Origin: a virus
Lineage: Duplodnaviria > Caudoviricetes
IMG/VR virus record: IMGVR_UViG_3300048895_000267
Location: 4,671 to 68,670 of that record
Length of the DNA stretch: 64,000 bases
Direction: 5' to 3' (one strand)
Shown here: positions 7,299 to 16,919 of the stretch, one piece after another
Layout: each line of letters begins with the position of its first letter
Position numbering within the stretch: the stretch's first letter is position 1
The notes under the pieces: generated by a model
The model's input: only the letters and a program-made list of their open reading frames with translations
Databases searched by the model: none
Told to the model about the DNA's origin: nothing
Made by a program: the position numbers and the translations under genes

Positions 7299-9129
7299 CC
7301 CTCCGTTCTATATTGGCAACTACGATGCTGTCAGGAACGTGATCAACAAAATCAAGGAAGACTCGAAGCTGTATATCGATTTTCAGGAACACAGGCGCAG
7401 AGTCGGACAGGACGCGCTGAAGAAAGATATCTTCACGTTCCTGTATTCGGGCTACATACCCTTCGACTCCCCCCCGTTCTATCTGGACCTGATAGACCTC
7501 GCACGCGAGCACAGCGCGGTCGGCCTGTGGGAAACGATGGCCTACATCGTGTACTACTTCACCATCGAAGGCAGCTTCGACACCAACGACGAGGAGCTGC
7601 GCCGCCGGCTCGCACCGGAAACATTCCTCAAGACGTACGAGCAGACGATCATCATCGATCAGATCCGCCCGGCAAAACCCAAGCACTTGCCCTTCGTCTC
7701 TGCGTATCTGGGCTTGCCCGCTACCGAACGCGAAAAGCTGGGAAGCTACATGTCGCGCATGATCGCTGACCCCAAGACCAGCGCCGACATCAAGAAGAGC
7801 ATCCAGTGCCTTGGCGACGACGAAATGCACCACACACAAGACAACATGGACTACCTGCTCAATGGCGGACTGCCGTCCGGTCGCGGCTACACAGAAGCTG
7901 CCGTCATCGCCGAGGGCTTCGGCAAAGAGCTGTTCGGCCAGCAAGAGCCGGTGCGCACGTTCCGCCGTCGACTGGTGTTTGCCATGATCACGTGGTTCGC
8001 CTACGAGGCGCCCGACGCGCTCTGGCCGAGCGCGCGCACGACCTTCTACAACGAGGACATCTACCTGTTCCCGGGGCTGTGCCCGCCGAAGGTGCAGTTC
8101 GAATGCGACCCGTGGGTCGCTAACGCCGCCAAGTGCGCCGTGGCGAGCAGCCAGCTGTTCGAACCAACGCTCGAACTTTTCCGCGGCCTGAAAACCGTCT
8201 ACGTCGAGAGCATCGGCAAGTGCTGGACTACTGAACAGGTGAAAGAGATCTGCGAAGAAATGCGCAAGGGGTTCACTTCCCCCCACGGCCAAGACGCAGA
8301 TTTCCTCGCGAAATGCGCACGCGGCTTGTTCGACCGACATGTCAACACCCCGAGCAACTACGATGAATCCGATAAATTGTTCGTGGCCAACCAAGTCACG
8401 GGCGATGTACTTCAGCGCCTGTTGCTGACAGGTCCTGATGCGCTATACCACAACGACAAAAAGGAAATTTCCATGGACATCCGCAACTCCGCGGCTGCGC
8501 AGGACATCTTCAATGACCTGCGCGGCCGGTACCAGTTCGTTGGCGATGCTCGCGCGCTCGTGCACGACATCTACGGCGAGATCGGCGGCACCGCGACTTC
8601 GACCGTCATCGCGCGCCTGCGTCGCGGTGACGAAGCCGAAATGCGCCAGTACAGCTACGACGCCAACGACTGGCTGAACCAGCTGGCCCGCCTGACCTAC
8701 AACCACGGCTACAAGCACCTGTACGGTGAGACCCAGATCCGGCGCGCGCTGCTCGCCCTGCTGCTGGAACACTTCAACCCCAACAACGTCGGCGTGGTCG
8801 CCGTCGACGAATGCGCCTGCACCACCTACGCCGACCCGTTCGCTTCCTACAACAACACCACCGCCCCGGAGGGCACCATGAACTGCAATTCCACTCCCAT
8901 CAAGGTCGAAGAAATCACCTACGTCACCCTGCCCGGCGGTTCGCCGGCCCCGGCCAAGAGCTACAGCGACGATCAGCTGGTCTGCGCGATCAGCGAGTCC
9001 GAGAAGCGCGTCGAAGAGCTGAGCAAGGTCAAGACCGAGTCCTCGGCCGTGAAGGCCAAGATCGCCGAGCTCGAAGCCGGCGCGGTCGCGATCGCCGCGA
9101 TCCTCGACGCGCGCGCCGAGAAGAAGTAA
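7276..9129 (+). CDS. Hypothetical multi-module protein with probable internal starts at 8473 and 8878; coiled-coil C-terminus
   Basis: 617-aa ORF; in-frame ATGs behind AAGGA (8461) and GGAGGG (8868). Confidence 0.75.
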   Translation: MSTQPPINPPFYIGNYDAVRNVINKIKEDSKLYIDFQEHRRRVGQDALKKDIFTFLYSGYIPFDSPPFYLDLIDLAREHSAVGLWETMAYIVYYFTIEGSFDTNDEELRRRLAPETFLKTYEQTIIIDQIRPAKPKHLPFVSAYLGLPATEREKLGSYMSRMIADPKTSADIKKSIQCLGDDEMHHTQDNMDYLLNGGLPSGRGYTEAAVIAEGFGKELFGQQEPVRTFRRRLVFAMITWFAYEAPDALWPSARTTFYNEDIYLFPGLCPPKVQFECDPWVANAAKCAVASSQLFEPTLELFRGLKTVYVESIGKCWTTEQVKEICEEMRKGFTSPHGQDADFLAKCARGLFDRHVNTPSNYDESDKLFVANQVTGDVLQRLLLTGPDALYHNDKKEISMDIRNSAAAQDIFNDLRGRYQFVGDARALVHDIYGEIGGTATSTVIARLRRGDEAEMRQYSYDANDWLNQLARLTYNHGYKHLYGETQIRRALLALLLEHFNPNNVGVVAVDECACTTYADPFASYNNTTAPEGTMNCNSTPIKVEEITYVTLPGGSPAPAKSYSDDQLVCAISESEKRVEELSKVKTESSAVKAKIAELEAGAVAIAAILDARAEKK

Positions 9130-9130
9130 G

Positions 9131-9670
9131 CAGCACCTAGGTCATGGTGCATGACCTGCTAGCGCCGAAGCTGGCGAAGTTGCCGCTGACATCACCCGCG
9201 TGGCACCGGCGATACGGTGCACTACCTGCAGAGGATGGCTACGTTCCTTTCCAAGGCATCGGAATTAAAATACGTAGCCGGCTGGCTAGAAGCCGAAGCA
9301 CTGCGCCGCAACCGTAAATGCTTTCAGTCGAAAAATAAGAGACGTGACGAATCTCGCTAGCACAAGCGCTGGGTTGGGGCCGTCCCACGTGTTCCTTCGG
9401 GAGCAAGAAATCCGGTCCTAGGGTATGAGATTGTCCTGAGTTAAAACGGCTCTAGCCTTACCGCGTCACCCTGATCAGGTGCCAACCGAGCAAACCTCAA
9501 AGCAAACATCCGCGTTGTCCCGGCGATACGGGGCGCTTCTAGCGCAGCACCCTTGGTGCAACGACAACGCGTAAGTACCTGCTCTTGGCTACACCATTCA
9601 GGGCGAAAAACGCGGTCTGCGGAATGTGTAGAAGCCCGCCGGACTAGGCGAGGGTGCTGCGCTAGAAGCG
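9131..9670 (+). ncRNA. Candidate structured intergenic RNA or regulatory leader
   Basis: About 550 nt without a credible ORF; many hairpins; perfect 20-bp inverted repeat 9534-9553/9651-9670. Confidence 0.55.
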
Positions 9671-9678
9671 AGGAAAAT

Positions 9679-9927
9679 ATGGACTACACTCCCAAGATTC
9701 CAAAAACTGAGCTCCGCCACGGCGCGTACTACACAGGGCACTGCCGCAACGCAACTCTTGCACGCTGGCACGGTCCTGAGCAGCAGTTTTATCACTGGCG
9801 GTCAAAGTTCGGCATGCGCTTCATCGAAACAATTCGCGCCCCCGAGGACGAGCAGCAATACGACGTATTCGTCGCAGAACACGAGACCATGAATACCGAA
9901 ACCATCCCCTTCCCTGAGGAGGAATAA
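9679..9927 (+). CDS. Hypothetical phage protein (82 aa)
   Basis: Start moved to ATG 9679 behind GAGG; motif GAYY.G.CRNAT.ARW. Confidence 0.75.
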   Translation: MDYTPKIPKTELRHGAYYTGHCRNATLARWHGPEQQFYHWRSKFGMRFIETIRAPEDEQQYDVFVAEHETMNTETIPFPEEE

Positions 9928-9930
9928 AAC

Positions 9931-9996
9931 ATGCGTTTCATTCACTGGCTGCAGTCGATTTTCCGCCACCGCATCAAGCCCGGTGTCGGGCGCTAA
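9931..9996 (+). CDS. Possible 21-aa peptide MRFIHWLQSIFRHRIKPGVGR
   Basis: GAGGAGG RBS 8 nt upstream; very short. Confidence 0.4.
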   Translation: MRFIHWLQSIFRHRIKPGVGR

Positions 9997-10099
9997 ACAC
10001 AACATCTTGTGGTCGCGGGTTCCTCCGAACACAAGACGACGAACCGCTTGAATCGAGCATGACTGGGGAGCAGAATGTCTCCTCAGACAGGGGACCTCC

Positions 10100-12436
10100 A
10101 TGGACGTCTTTTTCTTGTCGGCTGATCGCAAGCTGACCAAGACCTTCACCGTCGACGAAGTCACTCCGTATCCGCTTGTCAAGAACTTCACTTCGCACCA
10201 TGCTTCCATCAACTCAATCAGCGGCTTCTACAAGGCCGTGGTCGAGCATGGTGAGCTCGGCCACTGCCTGATCAAGGGAGAGCTGCTGCGTGATCTCAAA
10301 CTCGAATCTCGCGCCGGCGCTACCAGCGCCACCGATGCCACCGACTGGGTGTGCTTCGATATCGATGGCCTGCCGATCTCCGAAGTCGAGAAGTTCATCT
10401 ACCTGTGCCTCCCCGAGGCATGCCACAACGTCTCCTACGTCGTCCAATACTCCGCGTCCTACGTAGCGCGGGGGGATCGCGGAGGTCTGTCAGCGCATGT
10501 GTTCATGCTGCTCGACACAAGCGTAGGCGCACCGGCACTGCGTGAGTGGCTGCGCGAACTCAACGTCACCAACTCGGTGCTGTTCGACGCGCTCAGCCTC
10601 AACCCGGCTGGCACTACGCTCAAGTTCCGCCTCGACCCCACGGTCGCGCAGAACGACAAGATCATCTACATCAGCGCACCGATCTGCAAGGGGTTCGAGC
10701 CCAAGCTCCCCCAGCACATCAAGCTGGTCACGAAGAAGCAGGGCAAGCTCTCGATCGACCTGAGCGACCTGAATCCGTCGCGCACGGACGAAGTCCTGCT
10801 CGGCAAGCTCAATACGCTGCGCAAAGCCGCGGGGCTGAAGATCCGCAAGCCGACCTTCAAAGGCGAGGTGATGACCAACCCTGACCGGGTGGTCCAGTAC
10901 GAAGCCAAAGAAGAGCGCGGCTTCGTCTACTTCAACCTCAACGGGGGTAATTCGTGGGGGTATTTCCACCCCGAGGAAGACGCCTCGGTCATCTACAACT
11001 TCAAAGGGGAGCCGCCGTACTCCACGGCCGCGCTCCTGCCTGACTACTGGCACCAGCTGCAGGTTGAAGACAAGCAGGCCGAGACGGGGTTCGACTACTT
11101 CGTCGGCCGTGACATCCGCTCCGCTGGTTACTTCAACGGCTGGCAGGATAAGAGCTCTGGCAAGCTGACGATCTTCCCTGCGCGCTCCAAGGAGCAGCTG
11201 CAGGATTTCATGCAGCAGCATGGCTACATCAAGCCTGACGTCGTCCCCGACTATCAGGTCGTGTTCAACCGCAGCCTCGATACCACCTTCGACCGCGACA
11301 ACAGGATCATCAACTTGTACCAGCCCTCGACTTACATGGCCGCTGCCACGAAGAAGCCGGGGGCACGCATCCCCGACACCATCGCCAAGGTGATCAATCA
11401 CGCCATGGGCGGCCAGCCCGACGTAGTCGAGCACTACCTCAACTGGCTGGCTGTCATCTGCCAGCAGAAGGTCATGGCCCAGACTGCGTGGGTCCTGCAT
11501 GGTACGCAGGGCACCGGCAAGGGCCTGCTCGTCAACCACGTCCTGCGCCCGATCATCGGCAGCGACTACGTCAAGGTCATGCAGCTGGCAACCATCGAGG
11601 AAGACTACAACCCGTGGCTCGAGCGCTGCGTATTGCTGGTCATCGACGAAGCCTCCGTGGAGGATGCCAGCAAGGTCGGCAAGATGATGCAGAAGATCAA
11701 GAACTGGATTACCGAGCCGAGCATCTGGGTTCGCCCGATGCACGCTCAGGGCTACAACGCACCGAACAATATGTCGCTGATGGTCCTGACCAACATGCAC
11801 GATCCGGTCGTGATCCACCACAACGACCGCCGCTTCAACGTCGCCACCCGGCAGATGCAGCCGATCTCAATCTCCCCCAAGGAGGTCAACGCCATCGCCG
11901 GTGAGCTGCAGGCGTTCGCTGACTACCTGATGACGCGCGAGGCTAACCTCGAGAAGGCCCGCGAAGTGCTCGATACTCCCGAGCGCGAGCAGATGAAGGA
12001 GCTGACGCAGACCTCGGTCGCGGTCTCCTCGCGCAAGCTGCTCGAAGGAGATCTGGACTTCTTCATCGTCAACGCGCCACCGTCCATGACGCTGCCGAAC
12101 ATGAAGACCTACAACGGCGTGTCGTTCGACGTCAACCGCGCCTACCTCGATGTCATCGACCGCGCTGTGGCGCGTGATGGCATGATCAAGCTCAGCCGCA
12201 CGGACATCTTCGCGCTGCTCGAGCACACAGTGGGCAACGTCCCGCCGACTCCCAACAAGCTCACCTCGCTCCTGAAGCATCAGGAAATGCGCCTGTCGCG
12301 GCTGCGGCTGGAAAATGGCGAGCTGGATTACGGCTTCGAGCTGAGGTTCGAAGTTACTCGTGAGCACCGTGATTGGGTCCACGAGCGCAAGAGCAAGAAC
12401 GACGCCAGCAAGAGGTTGCGCGCCGTAGACAAGTAG
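10100..12436 (+). CDS. DNA primase/helicase with a DUF5906 (D5/SF3-like) NTPase domain
   Basis: Walker A GTQGTGKG, Walker B LLVIDE, motif C VLTN...DRRF; prim-pol-like N-terminus CFDIDG...SAHVF. Confidence 0.85.
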   Translation: MDVFFLSADRKLTKTFTVDEVTPYPLVKNFTSHHASINSISGFYKAVVEHGELGHCLIKGELLRDLKLESRAGATSATDATDWVCFDIDGLPISEVEKFIYLCLPEACHNVSYVVQYSASYVARGDRGGLSAHVFMLLDTSVGAPALREWLRELNVTNSVLFDALSLNPAGTTLKFRLDPTVAQNDKIIYISAPICKGFEPKLPQHIKLVTKKQGKLSIDLSDLNPSRTDEVLLGKLNTLRKAAGLKIRKPTFKGEVMTNPDRVVQYEAKEERGFVYFNLNGGNSWGYFHPEEDASVIYNFKGEPPYSTAALLPDYWHQLQVEDKQAETGFDYFVGRDIRSAGYFNGWQDKSSGKLTIFPARSKEQLQDFMQQHGYIKPDVVPDYQVVFNRSLDTTFDRDNRIINLYQPSTYMAAATKKPGARIPDTIAKVINHAMGGQPDVVEHYLNWLAVICQQKVMAQTAWVLHGTQGTGKGLLVNHVLRPIIGSDYVKVMQLATIEEDYNPWLERCVLLVIDEASVEDASKVGKMMQKIKNWITEPSIWVRPMHAQGYNAPNNMSLMVLTNMHDPVVIHHNDRRFNVATRQMQPISISPKEVNAIAGELQAFADYLMTREANLEKAREVLDTPEREQMKELTQTSVAVSSRKLLEGDLDFFIVNAPPSMTLPNMKTYNGVSFDVNRAYLDVIDRAVARDGMIKLSRTDIFALLEHTVGNVPPTPNKLTSLLKHQEMRLSRLRLENGELDYGFELRFEVTREHRDWVHERKSKNDASKRLRAVDK

Positions 12437-12459
12437 CATCAACATCCTCGAGGTCTCCG

Positions 12460-14028
12460 ATGTCCAAATACGTTCTCGACTACACCCAGCGACACATGCT
12501 GTACAAGCTGATGCACGCGCCCTTTATCCGCATGGGCTACAACCACGAAACCTACATGCGGAACCGGCAGGCACAAACCGAGCTGGTAAACGTGCGTGCG
12601 CTGGTGCTCGACCGTTTCAAGCAGCACCAGCGGCGCTTTCCACGCGCAGCGGAAGACCCGCTAGCGCTGTGGTGCTTCACGGTCGACGAAATGACCGACC
12701 CACAGTTCTACCAGAACCTCGACAACGGCGAAGGCAAGATCCCGCAAGGATTCGCTGACGAGCATGACTATCTGAGCGCAGACGCGTTCCAGTGGCATAG
12801 CTCACTCCCGAAAGGCTGGCTCATGAACGTATCCTCGCTGCCCACCTGCGAATACTGCGAGGCGCCAACCCACGACGACGAGCTGTACTCTATCCGCACG
12901 GATACGCGCAGCAACGGCGGCTGGGTCGTCGAGCAGTGGTGCGAGAGCTGCAGGAATCGCCACTCGTTCTACTGCAGCTACTCCGCTGAGTACTATCACG
13001 AGGACAGCTTCAGCTGCGTCAGCCGCCATGACGGCGAAGACGCATGCGACGTCGTCCTCGAGCGCGAGGGTTATCACTACAGCGAGCGCGAGGAGACGTG
13101 GATAGACTACGGCGAAAACGACGACACCGGCATCCCGGAGTACCAGACGGTTACCCGCGACTCCCCCTTCACCCGTGCGAGCCAAGTGTTCACCGAACCG
13201 CTGCAGCGCACCTACGGGCTGGAACTGGAAGTCGAGTTCTCCGACTCGGAGGAGCGCGAGAACTTCTACAACCAGTATTTCGAAGACGGCAAGACTCCCG
13301 ATGGCCGCTTCATCGCCGAGACCGACGGCTCGCTGGACGACGACCTCGGCCTCGAGGTCATCGGCTCCATCATGCCGCTGAGCCTGTACTACGCCGACAA
13401 CTCGCCGTGGAAAGACATGTGCGCCAAGCTCTACGACCACGGCGCGCGCGGCTGGGCAGTTCGCCAGCGCTACGGCCTGCATGTCACCGTGGACATCCGT
13501 CCGCTCGACATGGACAAGAACGTGGTCTATGACAACGAGCAGTTACTGCGTGACCGCTACGGCCGCTTCAACGCCTTCTTCCACAATAACCACGCCCTGT
13601 GCAAGCTGCTCGCTGGCCGCGACAAGATCTACGGCTACGAGAACTACGGCCCCAAGGGCACCGGCTACGTGAAGAAGTTCAACCTCGCCGAGGCCATCGC
13701 CGACCTCGAGAACCACAAGTACACGCCGTGCCGCATGCGCACCGAGCGCAGCAACCACGTGGTCGAAGTGCGCATCTTCGGCGCCAACGTCAAGTACGAC
13801 GGCATCATGCGCAACGTCGAGTTCGTCGACGCGATCTTGCACTACGTACATACGAGCGAGGCCAACATCTTCAGCGGCGCCAGCAGTGCTGATTTCCGCC
13901 GCTGGATTCTCCGCAAGGAGAACGCTGACCGCTGGCAGTATCTCGCCGCATACCTCGCCCCGGCGTCCATCGCCAAGACCCTCGCCCTGCCCGCCCAGAT
14001 CATGGACGGCCGTCGCGCCACCGCCTGA
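12460..14028 (+). CDS. Putative amidoligase (COOH-NH2 ligase type 2) with an N-terminal Cys-rich region
   Basis: YGLELEVE, ETDGSLD, GLEV, YGLHVTV, VEVRIF; start moved to 12460. Confidence 0.8.
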   Translation: MSKYVLDYTQRHMLYKLMHAPFIRMGYNHETYMRNRQAQTELVNVRALVLDRFKQHQRRFPRAAEDPLALWCFTVDEMTDPQFYQNLDNGEGKIPQGFADEHDYLSADAFQWHSSLPKGWLMNVSSLPTCEYCEAPTHDDELYSIRTDTRSNGGWVVEQWCESCRNRHSFYCSYSAEYYHEDSFSCVSRHDGEDACDVVLEREGYHYSEREETWIDYGENDDTGIPEYQTVTRDSPFTRASQVFTEPLQRTYGLELEVEFSDSEERENFYNQYFEDGKTPDGRFIAETDGSLDDDLGLEVIGSIMPLSLYYADNSPWKDMCAKLYDHGARGWAVRQRYGLHVTVDIRPLDMDKNVVYDNEQLLRDRYGRFNAFFHNNHALCKLLAGRDKIYGYENYGPKGTGYVKKFNLAEAIADLENHKYTPCRMRTERSNHVVEVRIFGANVKYDGIMRNVEFVDAILHYVHTSEANIFSGASSADFRRWILRKENADRWQYLAAYLAPASIAKTLALPAQIMDGRRATA

Positions 14029-14058
14029 CCACAACGTCTACAAAGGAAGCTCAATCCC

Positions 14059-15417
14059 ATGTGCCTCGCCATTTACAAACCCGCTGGCGTGATCGTCGGC
14101 CGCAAGAAACTCGCCGCTGGCTTCGAAAACAACCCTGATGGCGCCGGCTTCGGCTTCATCAGCAAGGAAGACGGCAAGCTGTATTACGTCAAGGGCCTGT
14201 TCACCTTCGAAGCCTTCATGGCTTCCTATCGCAAGTATGTCCACGACGACGTGCAGGCGATTATCCACTTCCGCTGGGCGACCGTCGGCGGTAAGACCGA
14301 AGAGAACACGCATCCGTTCAATATCGGCGGCGGCGGCCTGATGATCCACAACGGCCCGCAGATCGCCGACCTCGGTGACAAGAAAGGCGACCGGTCCGAC
14401 AGTCGGGTCTTCGCCGACGAGATCATCGCTGGCTTGAACTGCGACGAGCTGGAGAAGATGCGGCCGCTGGTGGAGGGCTACCTCGAGCGCAACAAGGTCG
14501 TGTGCCTGTTCCCGGACGGTCGCCACCTGATCTTCAACGAGCAGGGTGGCCACTGGAAGGACGGCGCGTGGTACTCCAACGACGGCTACATCGCGTGGGA
14601 CTACTCGAAGTACAGCTCCAAGCGCAACGCCAAGGGCCAGTTCACCGGCGCCGGCTCACTGTCGGCCTTCGTCGATTTCGAGTTCCAGCACCAGAGCGCC
14701 AAGGAACGCGAGAGCGAGACCTTCGAGGCCATGCTCGACCGGCTCAAGAGGCTGTCGGACAAGCCCGACCACGACCCGCCGACGGTCGAGCAGCTGCGCG
14801 CCAAGTGCCCGGAGCCCAGCTACATCGACAACTACGTCGACACCGACGACTGGATCTACTCGAAGGACATGGACCAGTTCTTCTTCCTCGACATCCGTGT
14901 CGGCAACTACGTCGAGTTCGACGGCGGCTACACTTTCGACGAGGCTATGGACTTCTACGGCCTCGCCGATTTCGACGACGACAACGAACAGGTAGCGATC
15001 GCGGACCTGCCGCTGCTGGAGCAAGAACGCATCTGGGACTTGTACGACAAGCTCGACCGCGACGGCTGGGAAGGCTACGGCGACCTGAACCCGACCGATC
15101 GCGCGCTGTTGACCTTGGCTTACGAGGAAGACAAGCGGGTCAACATGCGTCGCGAGCCCACTCCGCCGCCGAAGAGCAAGGTAGTCAACGTGGGAGTGAA
15201 CTTCTACGATCTGGATCTCGACGAGCAGCAACGCATCTGGACCTTGTACGAAGAGCTCAGCGCTACGAACTGGGTCGGCTACGACACCTGCTCGGACAAG
15301 GACAAGGACCTGCTGTCCGAGGCCTTGCTCCTGCGCTCCGAAGCTCGCAGGTCGCTGGACGAGACCGGCGGGTCGCTGGCGAAGACGCCACTGGCGCTGG
15401 AAGTCACGACCCACTAG
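14059..15417 (+). CDS. Class II (Ntn) glutamine amidotransferase with an acidic C-terminal extension
   Basis: N-terminal MC nucleophile, NPDGAG, HFRWAT.G, NTHPF, HNG, SDS. Confidence 0.85.
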   Translation: MCLAIYKPAGVIVGRKKLAAGFENNPDGAGFGFISKEDGKLYYVKGLFTFEAFMASYRKYVHDDVQAIIHFRWATVGGKTEENTHPFNIGGGGLMIHNGPQIADLGDKKGDRSDSRVFADEIIAGLNCDELEKMRPLVEGYLERNKVVCLFPDGRHLIFNEQGGHWKDGAWYSNDGYIAWDYSKYSSKRNAKGQFTGAGSLSAFVDFEFQHQSAKERESETFEAMLDRLKRLSDKPDHDPPTVEQLRAKCPEPSYIDNYVDTDDWIYSKDMDQFFFLDIRVGNYVEFDGGYTFDEAMDFYGLADFDDDNEQVAIADLPLLEQERIWDLYDKLDRDGWEGYGDLNPTDRALLTLAYEEDKRVNMRREPTPPPKSKVVNVGVNFYDLDLDEQQRIWTLYEELSATNWVGYDTCSDKDKDLLSEALLLRSEARRSLDETGGSLAKTPLALEVTTH

Positions 15418-15426
15418 GATTAGCGA

Positions 15427-16107
15427 ATGCCTTGGTCCTACTCGTCACTAGACACCTACGAGACCTGTCCTTTCCGGTACAAGCTCAAGTACATCGAGCG
15501 CATGCCGGAACCGCCGCCGGACCCCAAGAAGCCGGCGGCGAAGGACCGTGGCAACATGATCCACAAGCAGCTGGAGCTGTACGTCAACGGCTCGCGCCCT
15601 GACGTACCGCCCGAGTGCGAAGACTTCCACAACCAGCTAATCACCCTGCGCCAGCTGTATGCCGTAGGCAAGGTCGAGGTCGAACAGAACTGGTTCTTCG
15701 ACAGCAACTGGGGCGTGTTCCCCCAGTGGAAGGACGCGTGGTGTCAGGTCAAGGCCGACGTGTTCGTCAACGACGGCGATAGCGCCGTCGTGATCGACCA
15801 CAAGACAGGCAAGAAATTCGGCAACGAGGTCAAGCACACCCAGCAGACCAACGTGTACTCGCTGGCTGCGTTCTTCCGCTACCCGGATCTGCATACGGTC
15901 AAGACCGAGATCTGGTACCACGACGTCAACGACATCCTGCCCGTGACTTACCGTCGCGATCAGGCCATGCGGTTCCTGCCTCGACTGGAGAAGCGCGTTG
16001 AAGCCATGCTGCACGACACGATGTACCGGCCGCGTCCGAACGTGGTCAACTGCAAATACTGTCCGTATGGTCGCAACGGCACTGGGCACTGCCCGGTGAG
16101 CGCATAG
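15427..16107 (+). CDS. PD-(D/E)XK, Cas4/RecB-like exonuclease
   Basis: WSYSSL..YETCP, DHKTGK, C-terminal CKYCPY...C. Confidence 0.85.
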   Translation: MPWSYSSLDTYETCPFRYKLKYIERMPEPPPDPKKPAAKDRGNMIHKQLELYVNGSRPDVPPECEDFHNQLITLRQLYAVGKVEVEQNWFFDSNWGVFPQWKDAWCQVKADVFVNDGDSAVVIDHKTGKKFGNEVKHTQQTNVYSLAAFFRYPDLHTVKTEIWYHDVNDILPVTYRRDQAMRFLPRLEKRVEAMLHDTMYRPRPNVVNCKYCPYGRNGTGHCPVSA

Positions 16108-16137
16108 GTGTGTAGCATCAGGACTTCGGAGGGGTAA

Positions 16138-16356
16138 ATGGGCACCAACAAGCTCAAGCGCGAAGTGAACGAGTTGTGCAAGAAAGAAGGGGCTACGGTC
16201 CTTTCCATCACGCCGATCCACGGCCACATCAAGTTCCACTGCATCGCCGACAACGGGCACGAGTTCCAGCTGTGGACCAGCAGCAGCCCCAGCGGCATGT
16301 GCCTGCGCAACATTCGAGGCGACATTCGGCGCCACATCAAAAAGGCAACGGCATGA
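16138..16356 (+). CDS. Small HicA-fold-like protein
   Basis: GHIKF...SSSPS...RNIRGDIRR pattern; GGAGGGG RBS. Confidence 0.5.
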   Translation: MGTNKLKREVNELCKKEGATVLSITPIHGHIKFHCIADNGHEFQLWTSSSPSGMCLRNIRGDIRRHIKKATA

Positions 16357-16919
16357 CCTACGTCGTCGCCCAGATCAGCACCGGCGCAGTAGCTGTCTGC
16401 GCACTACTTGACTATGACCGCGAGGCTGATACTATCTCGGTGGAGTTTAAGGGTGACACCTATAACTGCGCCGTCTCCTCTATCCGCCGCGTCCGCGACA
16501 CCATCACAGAGATCGCCATGTCATCGAACGAACAAGAAGCCGGAGACCGCATCCGCGCCCATCTGAACGAATTCCGCCAGCGCCGCACCACTGCGCTCGC
16601 TGGCTCCCCAAAGCCGCCACGCAGTCGCTACGCCTCGTTGAGTGCAAGCGAACCTCCTGCACCCTCACCGGCGAAGGACGCACCCGCCGAGAAACGGGCC
16701 TGCGTGGCGGCCCCTAAAGAACACGTCGTTGAGCGCGAAGCCAAGATGTTCGCGAAGGCCAAGACCGCAGTCTCACCTCGTGAGGCACAGCGCCTGTACA
16801 ACGACAAGATGGAACTGTTCTTCCCTCCCGGCACCAAGGTCACTACGAAGCTCCCCAATGGCAAACTCGAAACCTGTGTCACGAGCAAGGCGTTCGGTAA
16901 AATCTTCAAGCTCGCTTGA
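16353..16919 (+). CDS. Hypothetical protein
   Basis: Start moved to ATG 16353, which overlaps the upstream stop. Confidence 0.65.
   Translation: MTYVVAQISTGAVAVCALLDYDREADTISVEFKGDTYNCAVSSIRRVRDTITEIAMSSNEQEAGDRIRAHLNEFRQRRTTALAGSPKPPRSRYASLSASEPPAPSPAKDAPAEKRACVAAPKEHVVEREAKMFAKAKTAVSPREAQRLYNDKMELFFPPGTKVTTKLPNGKLETCVTSKAFGKIFKLA

Noticed and set aside
9250-9420. Scattered similarity to the peptidyl-transferase region (CCAAGG, GCTGGGTT-n5-CGTC, CGGTCC)
   Set aside because: Short words with inconsistent spacing; I could not build the rRNA helices.
9415-9490. Possible pistol, hammerhead or twister ribozyme (TTAAAA...GCG...CTGATCAGGTGCC)
   Set aside because: No P1 pseudoknot partner, and the hammerhead core reads CUGAUCA rather than CUGANGA.
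15427-16107. Cas4-like gene as a sign of a CRISPR locus
   Set aside because: No repeat-spacer array or other cas genes; this is a standard phage replication exonuclease.
16138-16356. HicAB toxin-antitoxin module
   Set aside because: No HicB-like neighbour; only a weak fold-level resemblance.
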